Source of the DNA: a virus
Taxonomy: Duplodnaviria > Caudoviricetes
DNA: 64,000 bases
IMG/VR virus record: IMGVR_UViG_3300033075_001508
Coordinates: 1-64,000 of that record
Reading direction: 5' to 3' (one strand)
Shown here: positions 57,106 to 64,000 of the stretch, one piece after another
How the letters are laid out: the number at the start of each line of letters is the position of its first letter
Position numbering within the stretch: position 1 is the stretch's first letter
Position numbers and translations under genes: made by a program
The notes under the pieces: model-generated
The model's database searches: none
Told to the model about the DNA's origin: nothing
The model's input: only the letters and a program-made list of their open reading frames with translations

Positions 57106-58521
57106 TTACTGCCAGGTGTATGCGGTGGTCCTAGAATACCGTCCTGAATGAGTGGACCAAGACTCCTCGTCTTGCTCCAAGAAAACCTGCGTGCCGACTG
57201 GAATCAGGCTTAACACAACTGCGTCGGTGTCGGGTGCCGAAGGCGTGTAGCTCTGAGTTTTCGCACGCATCACCACTTCGATTTGAATGGTTCGCTTCTT
57301 TGTCGATACTGTTCCGATGTCTTGCAAAACAGGGCCGGCCGCGCGACCCAGAACCGGAATTGCCGCAAAGATGTCCGTTGCGTGATGATTAACCACGGTG
57401 ATGCTTTCGCTGATAGCACCAACGGTGTCAGTGTTTGCTCGGTCGTCGTATTCGTACTGATACGAAATTGTGCCAGCCTTCTCGTTTTTCCCGATAGATG
57501 TGTTGACCGGCTGAGTGTGTAGTGTCACTCCGCTTATCGTTGTGGCCCTGGAGTACAACTCAGGCTGTACGTAGGTTGTCCACTTGGCGGCAGCGTTTGT
57601 GTACCGACTACTTGTCAGAGTCCTGGTACTGGTGTTACGAACCTCAAGGCCAGTGATGGTGCCCTCAATACTTACGGTTGTTCGTCCTTCTTGATTAGTG
57701 CGAACATTGACCGTATATTCATCGAGAGCAGGAGACTCATCGCCAGGGTCGTAACAAAGCCAGGTTTCGGTAACTTGATAGGTGCCACCAAGTTCGTTCA
57801 CGTTCTCCGTGCGAACATAATTAAAGGCTTGAAGGCTGTCGTTGTCTAACACATCCTCAGCAACCATTCGAGCGTTGGAGATTCCCAAACCTAGCACGTT
57901 TAGAACATACAGACGGGCCTGCTCCCACGCTTCTCGTTCAAGCTCGTTTTCTTCGGTATAGAATCGTTTGCCGGTAGCCGAAACGGAATGGGTCAGCCGC
58001 CAGGTGTTGTGCTTCTCGTCAGCCTGTTCGATGTTCCATTCTTCGTTTGCCTTGGAAATCTTGTAGGTGTCGAGGTTGCCGGTCTCCTCGAAAGGGTACA
58101 TCTTGTCGGCTTCAAGGGTGATGATGTAATCGCACTTATCGACCCAACTCACCCTGCCCTGCCCGCCTTCCGGAAACTCAATTCTCTTGACGCGAGGGTT
58201 GCATTTCATTGGCGTGGAGCCGCCAACAGACTGGATTTCTAGCGTCAACCCTTCATTCTTAAACAGGCTACGAATAGCTTCCTGCTTACGAAGAATGGCT
58301 GCAAGCTTGTCATCCGCAGAAATCGTCTCGTCCGGAGGGTAGTCCGAGAGCGCCCAGAAGGTTCCGTCCGTTTTTGGAGAACCTCTATCCGCGATTATCG
58401 TGCCCTTGAGAGTGATAACGAAGATGGTCCCGATAATCTTGCCGTCGTCGGTTGTTTGGTATTCTTTGGTGATGGAGACGAACGGGGCTGGGATGAGCTT
58501 CTTGTTGTCGTATATGACCAT
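57106..58521 (-). CDS. Putative tail structural protein
   Basis: 471 aa, T/S-rich beta protein in the tail module. Confidence 0.6.
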   Translation of the reverse strand: MVIYDNKKLIPAPFVSITKEYQTTDDGKIIGTIFVITLKGTIIADRGSPKTDGTFWALSDYPPDETISADDKLAAILRKQEAIRSLFKNEGLTLEIQSVGGSTPMKCNPRVKRIEFPEGGQGRVSWVDKCDYIITLEADKMYPFEETGNLDTYKISKANEEWNIEQADEKHNTWRLTHSVSATGKRFYTEENELEREAWEQARLYVLNVLGLGISNARMVAEDVLDNDSLQAFNYVRTENVNELGGTYQVTETWLCYDPGDESPALDEYTVNVRTNQEGRTTVSIEGTITGLEVRNTSTRTLTSSRYTNAAAKWTTYVQPELYSRATTISGVTLHTQPVNTSIGKNEKAGTISYQYEYDDRANTDTVGAISESITVVNHHATDIFAAIPVLGRAAGPVLQDIGTVSTKKRTIQIEVVMRAKTQSYTPSAPDTDAVVLSLIPVGTQVFLEQDEESWSTHSGRYSRTTAYTWQ

Positions 58522-59087
58522 CAGATTCCGTGGGTGTATAAGCGTACCGAATCGTCTACAAACCCAACAGCGTCCGGAATGACGAACGGAATTGTGCCAG
58601 AAGTGGGTGCCGCACCATGGACGAACAAATTAGTCGATAGGTTTCCAGTGGTGCCGGGTCCGCAAATGTAAAGCGGACAAGCCGCAGCTGGATTACGGCG
58701 CAAGAACAAATTCATGCCGCGAGATACGGGTATACACCCTTCAGTTGTGCCAGAACCTTCGATAAATAGCGTGGCCGACTGGGTTGCCCCAGACTGCTCA
58801 TTCCACACCACTAGGTCCATTCCAAGAGAGACGGGATTGCCACAGCCCTCCACGAACAGATTCATCCCTCTTTCGAGGTCGTCGGATGTTGGACCTAAAA
58901 CTGTGAGCGGCAGGACGCCACTGAAGATGTTTCCCTCTCCGCTCGCGCATTGAACAAACAAATCGACGCCGCCAGTGAGTCCACTGTTACTGACGCCATG
59001 AACAACCAGGTCGACTCCACCGTTTAATTCGGATGGCTCGTCAACCTGGATGAATAACACGAATCCTTTATTTAGTGCTGTGGGCAT
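58521..59087 (-). CDS. Putative structural protein with xxLFxxG repeats
   Basis: Repeated G(V/M)(D/N)L(F/V)V units. Confidence 0.55.
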   Translation of the reverse strand: MPTALNKGFVLFIQVDEPSELNGGVDLVVHGVSNSGLTGGVDLFVQCASGEGNIFSGVLPLTVLGPTSDDLERGMNLFVEGCGNPVSLGMDLVVWNEQSGATQSATLFIEGSGTTEGCIPVSRGMNLFLRRNPAAACPLYICGPGTTGNLSTNLFVHGAAPTSGTIPFVIPDAVGFVDDSVRLYTHGI

Positions 59088-59101
59088 AAGTCCTCAACAA
59101 A

Positions 59102-59111
59102 CAATACACCG
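59102..59111 (-). promoter_or_regulatory. CGGTGTATT motif upstream of a structural gene
   Basis: Directly after the tape-measure stop and before SD GAGG. Confidence 0.45.
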
Positions 59112-62100
59112 TTACTCAAGGTTCAAACCGGCGTCTGGGAACTTGTCTCGGAACACCTGGTTGAGGTACTCTTTGATTTTCGCCACAGCCATCTTCTCGA
59201 AGGCCGGGGTAATCGACGCCAACACTTCCGCGCCGTTGAAGATGAACTCGTGGGTTTGACGTCCAACGACTTCCAATCTGGATGGGAAGTTCGACAAGGC
59301 TCGGGACAACTCTTGAGCGACAGTGCCGAAGGCCGTCATGGCATTCACCAACCCGCTCGAAGACGGACCGAACCCATTCATGGCCGCAGCCAATTCCGGA
59401 GCCCCGTCAATCTTGCTGGAGGTTTGAGCAGGAAGGGTTCCCGTCTGCTGACGTTGTGCCGGCGTTCCACCAACTGGTCCACCAGAAGCGAATCGTTGCA
59501 CGTTGGCGTAGCCACCCATGTTCTGGATAGCTCTCCTGCTTAACACGAACTCGCCAGGTGTCAACAATGCCGGGACATTATCTCGGTCTCCAACCCCACC
59601 GACACGACCACCTTCTGCGAAACCCGCGACTCCCGTCCCGATTAGCCCGCCTAGGCCACGGTTATTCAGGAACCTCTGACGAGCAATCCGGCCCCGAATT
59701 TGGGTCTCGAACAGATTCTGCTGGCTGAGCCGGTCACGACTTTGTTGGCGACCTTGCAGCAAGCTTTGGTTGACACCCGCTTGCGTCTGGCTATCAGCAC
59801 GGCGTAGCCCGAATGCCGCAAACGCATTCCCTCGCTGAACCTCAAGTTGACGTTCCCGCAAATTAGATTGGGCACCGTAGTCGCGACGAACAGACGAGCG
59901 CGCGTCGGCAATGGACACCGACTGACGTTGTAGTGCGTCTCGCTCTTCACGAGTCAATCGGCGTCCCAATCGTTCTTCCTCGCGAGCTACCGCTTGTTCG
60001 AAGAGCCTGTCTCGCGTACGTTCGTTGAAGGCTACACTACCAAGCGCGCCAAACGGGTCGGCGGCTGCTAAACGGCCGTATAAACCGCTACTTGAAATCA
60101 AATGCGTAGCTTCGCGGATGTCAGCTATTTGCCGTGCCACTACCATTCGGCGTGCATGCGCTCGGTCCGCTTCTTCAGCAATAGGCGTGTTACCCGCAAT
60201 CCATTCCTCTTCCTCCGCTCTTCGGCGTCTACTTTCTTCCTCTTCCAGTGCTGTCGCGTGGGCGTCTACCGCCCTGCTACGAAAATCGAAGAAGCCACCG
60301 CCTGCGAGGTAAACGGGACCGTTCGCGTTGTTGATACGGTTGAGCAGGGAACGGTTGTGTTGTGCCGCCTCGCGACGAACCACAAATTCACCCGGACTCA
60401 GCATCGCCGGGACCGTGTCCGTGCCTTGTGCGCGGAACGTCCGTGGGTCCGGAGTCCTACCCCCAAACCGGAATGGCGTAGCCCCGACCGAGCCGCCAGA
60501 CGCAAACCCTGTAGGCGCAGGCGCAGGGGAGTCTGTAACAGGATTGAACGCTCGGTAGATTTCAAGAAACTCATTGAACCGACGAACTTTCAAGAGGAAG
60601 TCGCTCGGACTCAATCTGTTTGTCCCTCTTTCGTGAAGCTGTAGCTCTCCTGCGTAGGTGCGAAGCAGTCTGGTGCTAGAGTCTTCTCCGACATAGTCGT
60701 TACGGTTGTACGCCATCCGGATGCTCTCCCACTCCATCCGGTTGGAGAACAAGTCTTGTAGCTGGGAGTACAACCGGAGGTTGTCATGCCGTCCCAACAG
60801 GTCAACACCGCTACTCATCGACTGAAGCGAAGCCACCTCCCGCTCGGTTTCGCTTAATGCCTGTATCCTCGCACTCAACCTTTCCTGCTCACCCATGAAG
60901 CTTGGCGGAAGGAAAGTTGCCGGGTCTGTCAATTCGATGACGGACTGAACGACAGCAGCATCTCGTATCGCCCGTAATTCCGCCAACTGGTTCACAACTG
61001 GGCGCACACTGGTTCTCGCGCCAGTACGCTCTTCCAAGCGCCTGGTCGCCGCTTCTTCTTCTGCTGCCGCTCGCCTTCTGCCTTCAGCTATCTCGGGAGT
61101 GTCATCACGACGCAAGATGGACTCGGCGAGCCAGACTGCCGGACGTAAACCTTCGGCCACTAAGTCTCCACCAACACTGACCGTGCTGGCCGTGAAATCC
61201 GTTACGGTGCCGAGAACTTCTCCAACTGGGCCACGAACATCCTCTCGTACACGACGGCCGGAATCGGCAAAAGTGCTGCGAAGGCCAGACTCGTCGCTGA
61301 AGCGGGCTCTGCCGGTAAGGGAGGAAAGCCCGCTCAAGCCAAGGTCGGCTAACGCCACTCCAAATCCTAAACCGCCTGTACCATAGCCAACGGCAAGGTC
61401 GGTTGCCGCTCTGGTTGTTGCCGGAATCGCTCCCCTCTCGGCGGTGTCGCGAATCAAGTTGTAGGTGGTTAATGCCGTTCCACCAATACGGACCGCCCTA
61501 CCAAACGCGCTACCTCGTGCCGCAGGCTCGGGTGCGGGTCTTTCTGGAAGTGGGGTACGACCAGTGCTTGGGCGAGCGGTTACCGCCTCCTCCATGAAGT
61601 ACCGCTCAAAGGAACTGCCTCCGGTTGGAGACGCCGGACGAACCGGACTCAAGGTCGGAGCCGTTCCCGTTCCCCAACCACCAGTAGGGGTCGCAACCGC
61701 CAATCTGGACAGCGACTCGGCCGTAATAGCCGGCGCAGTAGGGGTCCGACCAAACAAACCGCTGAATAATCCTCGAATCGTAGTGCGAGGACTAGAGCTT
61801 GTTGCTGGGGTAGTCGCAGGCGCTGGTGCCGGCGTTGTCGCTGGAGCCCCGAAGCTCGTCCTGGTGAACGGAACCGGAGCGGGCGCTGTTGCAGGAGTTG
61901 CTACGCGTCTGGTGGCATCGTCTGCCCACAACGTACGCAATCTATCCAGGAAACCGCGTCTTGCTGCTGCCGGCGTCGAGGTAGCTGGGGCGGGAGCGGG
62001 AGTCGCGACCGGCGCAGGCGTTGCCACCGGAGTTGGTCTTGCGGCACGCCATCTATCCAAACCCTCAGTTCCCAACGTGGCTGTGGTTGTCACGCCACGA

Positions 62101-63998
62101 GGAGTTCCGGTTGGAGTCGCTGTGCGCAGAATGCGTGCGGCTACATCATCAGCTGTTTCGCCAGCGGCAGGAAGACGACTTAATACTCGGCTGCGAAATT
62201 CTTCGGCAACACTACGGAGTCCAGGTCTAGAGTCTGCTCTTCCAGTAGCTACGTCAGAAAACAAGTCCGCGAAGCCTTCAGCCCAAATAGACGAAGGCGT
62301 GCGATAACGAGCCTCGATTCTAGCTAACGGCCTTAATGAATCGCGACCCGACAGGTAACGCTCTGCAATCGTTCGGTCGATGCCTGGTCCGCTAGAACTG
62401 AATCGCGTAGCAAGGCCAGCCTCCCTCGCCAGCAGTCGGTCCGCACCGTGTCCAAGTTCGTGGGACAAGACCGTCATAAGCCGTTCGTAACTGTCGATAC
62501 CGGTTCTGGACAAACTGATGGTGCCACTCGTTAGTCCATATCGACCCGTAGTTGTACCCGGCAACGAACTGGTGAGCCGAATTCGGCTGTATAGCGACCT
62601 GGTGTCGACCCCCGTTGCAGAACGGATATCGGCAAGCGCCCTACGAATGGTGTCAGAGTTCAGAACGAACCCGCCACCTTCCAAGTAGACGGGGCCGCGA
62701 GAATTATTCACCCTTTGCAGGAGAGCAGAATTCGCTCTCGCGCTTTCGCGGTTCACCACAAACTCGCCAGGGGTGAGCATTGCGGGAACAACATCAGTGC
62801 CGCGAGGACGAAACATCGACCCGGCCACGCCACCGCCAGCCCTGGTCTCAACTGGGAGACTGAGAGCGGTGCGTGTCGAAGCAATCGCGCGAGCCGTTTC
62901 CGCCAACTCGTTGTTGACGGCCGTTATGCGTCCCGGGAGGCTCTCCAGGCTGTTTGCCGCTCCATCAAAGGCTTGAAGTGCCCTAGTAATGGATTCTCCG
63001 TTTAACGACGACAACGAAGATGTATCAAAACCAAGCTCTTGCAATCTTCCAGCAGCCGCATTGCGACGACGTACAGCGTCACCAGCAACGGTTCCTGCCG
63101 CGCCGCCGACTTCAGCCTGGATAGCTCTTTGCAGATGCGGAAGGAGGAACTCGACCTGTTCGCCAAATCCACGCGTGCGACCACGGGCCGGGTCGTTTCC
63201 AACGTTCTGTTGAGTCCTCCTGATAATCGAATTGCGTTGCTCGACGTTAAGGTTCGAGAACACCCCCTCTTGCAGAAACGAGTTCAGTCTGCCTTGCAAA
63301 TCGGTAGACAGATTTCGCCCAGAGAAGAAGTTGTTCGGTGCGGTACCACTTAGAGCGCCGCGAAGGTTGTTACGAGCATATCTGCCACCATCGACTTGAA
63401 CGCCTTGCGTGTTGGTGAAGACAGAATTGTTTTCGAAGTAGGTGCGGAACAAATCGAGATTGTTACGTGCAAGTTCAGCCTGGCTGTTGTTTCGAATTCC
63501 CAATCTGCCAAGCAGGTCTCTCTGCGCACCTTGTGCGGTCAACCTACCACGGTCTGTTTCCAGTTGGCCTCGGCGGTTGTTGAGAGAAATCAGGTTGTTC
63601 TGACCCAGTTCACGAGACAGTCTTGCAAAGAACGTATCGTGTTGCCGCTGAAGATTGTCCCTTATTTGTGTCGCAGACTCACGTTGTGCGGCAGCAGATT
63701 CGCGCAAAGCTGTTTCGGCTGTTCTGAGGTTGCCAATAAGCTCTGCTTGCAAACGGTCACGCTCGCCAGTTTCCGACGCGGTCAAGCCGGCAGCTGCCCC
63801 GTAGGTGTTACGGAACAACTGGTCAACAACATCATTTCCGGTTCGTCCACCCAACAATGGATAAGATGCGGAGCCAATGCTTCGCCCGACATCGCGAGCC
63901 GAGCTAATTTGCTCAGAACTGTAGCCAGCAAAGTTTCCTTGTTGATTCGCCCGAATGAGCAGGGAAAGTCCACGGAGCAGTTCGGACTGTTGCTCTGG
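59112..63998 (-). CDS. Tape-measure-like protein, C-terminal part (5' end outside window), with HExxH metallopeptidase domain
   Basis: Frame open to the window edge; A/R/L/Q-rich helices; three D.VPA(M/L)L(T/S)PGEFV modules; HELGH...WAEGFA. Confidence 0.75.
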   Translation of the reverse strand, partial: PEQQSELLRGLSLLIRANQQGNFAGYSSEQISSARDVGRSIGSASYPLLGGRTGNDVVDQLFRNTYGAAAGLTASETGERDRLQAELIGNLRTAETALRESAAAQRESATQIRDNLQRQHDTFFARLSRELGQNNLISLNNRRGQLETDRGRLTAQGAQRDLLGRLGIRNNSQAELARNNLDLFRTYFENNSVFTNTQGVQVDGGRYARNNLRGALSGTAPNNFFSGRNLSTDLQGRLNSFLQEGVFSNLNVEQRNSIIRRTQQNVGNDPARGRTRGFGEQVEFLLPHLQRAIQAEVGGAAGTVAGDAVRRRNAAAGRLQELGFDTSSLSSLNGESITRALQAFDGAANSLESLPGRITAVNNELAETARAIASTRTALSLPVETRAGGGVAGSMFRPRGTDVVPAMLTPGEFVVNRESARANSALLQRVNNSRGPVYLEGGGFVLNSDTIRRALADIRSATGVDTRSLYSRIRLTSSLPGTTTGRYGLTSGTISLSRTGIDSYERLMTVLSHELGHGADRLLAREAGLATRFSSSGPGIDRTIAERYLSGRDSLRPLARIEARYRTPSSIWAEGFADLFSDVATGRADSRPGLRSVAEEFRSRVLSRLPAAGETADDVAARILRTATPTGTPRGVTTTATLGTEGLDRWRAARPTPVATPAPVATPAPAPATSTPAAARRGFLDRLRTLWADDATRRVATPATAPAPVPFTRTSFGAPATTPAPAPATTPATSSSPRTTIRGLFSGLFGRTPTAPAITAESLSRLAVATPTGGWGTGTAPTLSPVRPASPTGGSSFERYFMEEAVTARPSTGRTPLPERPAPEPAARGSAFGRAVRIGGTALTTYNLIRDTAERGAIPATTRAATDLAVGYGTGGLGFGVALADLGLSGLSSLTGRARFSDESGLRSTFADSGRRVREDVRGPVGEVLGTVTDFTASTVSVGGDLVAEGLRPAVWLAESILRRDDTPEIAEGRRRAAAEEEAATRRLEERTGARTSVRPVVNQLAELRAIRDAAVVQSVIELTDPATFLPPSFMGEQERLSARIQALSETEREVASLQSMSSGVDLLGRHDNLRLYSQLQDLFSNRMEWESIRMAYNRNDYVGEDSSTRLLRTYAGELQLHERGTNRLSPSDFLLKVRRFNEFLEIYRAFNPVTDSPAPAPTGFASGGSVGATPFRFGGRTPDPRTFRAQGTDTVPAMLSPGEFVVRREAAQHNRSLLNRINNANGPVYLAGGGFFDFRSRAVDAHATALEEEESRRRRAEEEEWIAGNTPIAEEADRAHARRMVVARQIADIREATHLISSSGLYGRLAAADPFGALGSVAFNERTRDRLFEQAVAREEERLGRRLTREERDALQRQSVSIADARSSVRRDYGAQSNLRERQLEVQRGNAFAAFGLRRADSQTQAGVNQSLLQGRQQSRDRLSQQNLFETQIRGRIARQRFLNNRGLGGLIGTGVAGFAEGGRVGGVGDRDNVPALLTPGEFVLSRRAIQNMGGYANVQRFASGGPVGGTPAQRQQTGTLPAQTSSKIDGAPELAAAMNGFGPSSSGLVNAMTAFGTVAQELSRALSNFPSRLEVVGRQTHEFIFNGAEVLASITPAFEKMAVAKIKEYLNQVFRDKFPDAGLNLE

Positions 63999-64000
63999 AT

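Noticed and set aside
61465-62307. 280-aa + strand Ala/Gly/Val-rich ORF and local short repeats
   Set aside because: Antisense of the Pro/Ala/Thr linker of the tape-measure-like gene
1-64000. Stop-codon reassignment
   Set aside because: TAA, TAG and TGA all end recognisable full-length proteins, and coding density is high with the standard code
1-64000. tRNA, rRNA, integrase or reverse transcriptase/DGR
   Set aside because: None recognised by eye; a tRNAscan/Infernal run would be needed to exclude small RNAs

Overview
The whole window reads as part of a large dsDNA tailed-phage genome (moderately GC-rich, standard code, no rRNA, tRNA or CRISPR recognised). Positions 1-51016 are a dense, translationally coupled + strand block. 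It holds (i) replication/recombination genes: RecA/UvsX, DnaB, DnaG-type primase, a DnaE-type polymerase split into two separate intein-free genes, a DEDDh exonuclease, SSB, family-4 UDG and PD-(D/E)XK nucleases; (ii) nucleotide and RNA-repair genes: RNA ligase, a frameshifted macrodomain, NDT, HD, Nudix, two P-loop kinases and PhoH; (iii) a large sugar-nucleotide/glycosylation set: GlmS, six clear glycosyltransferases (one with a LAGLIDADG intein), an HddA-like heptose kinase, an Fcl-like reductase, two SDR epimerases, a nucleotidyltransferase, methyltransferases, a HAD phosphatase and a cupin. Eight free-standing endonuclease genes are interspersed. Positions 50997-64000 are a convergent - strand tail module ending in a large, 5'-truncated tape-measure-like protein with repeated modules and a metalloprotease motif. 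Best leads: the phage glycan pathway, the intein-free split DnaE, the intein in a glycosyltransferase, the modular tape measure, a synonymously conserved 11-aa motif shared by two adjacent proteins, and a GGTGTAT motif upstream of both virion and endonuclease genes. All calls come from reading motifs by eye; no searches were run.
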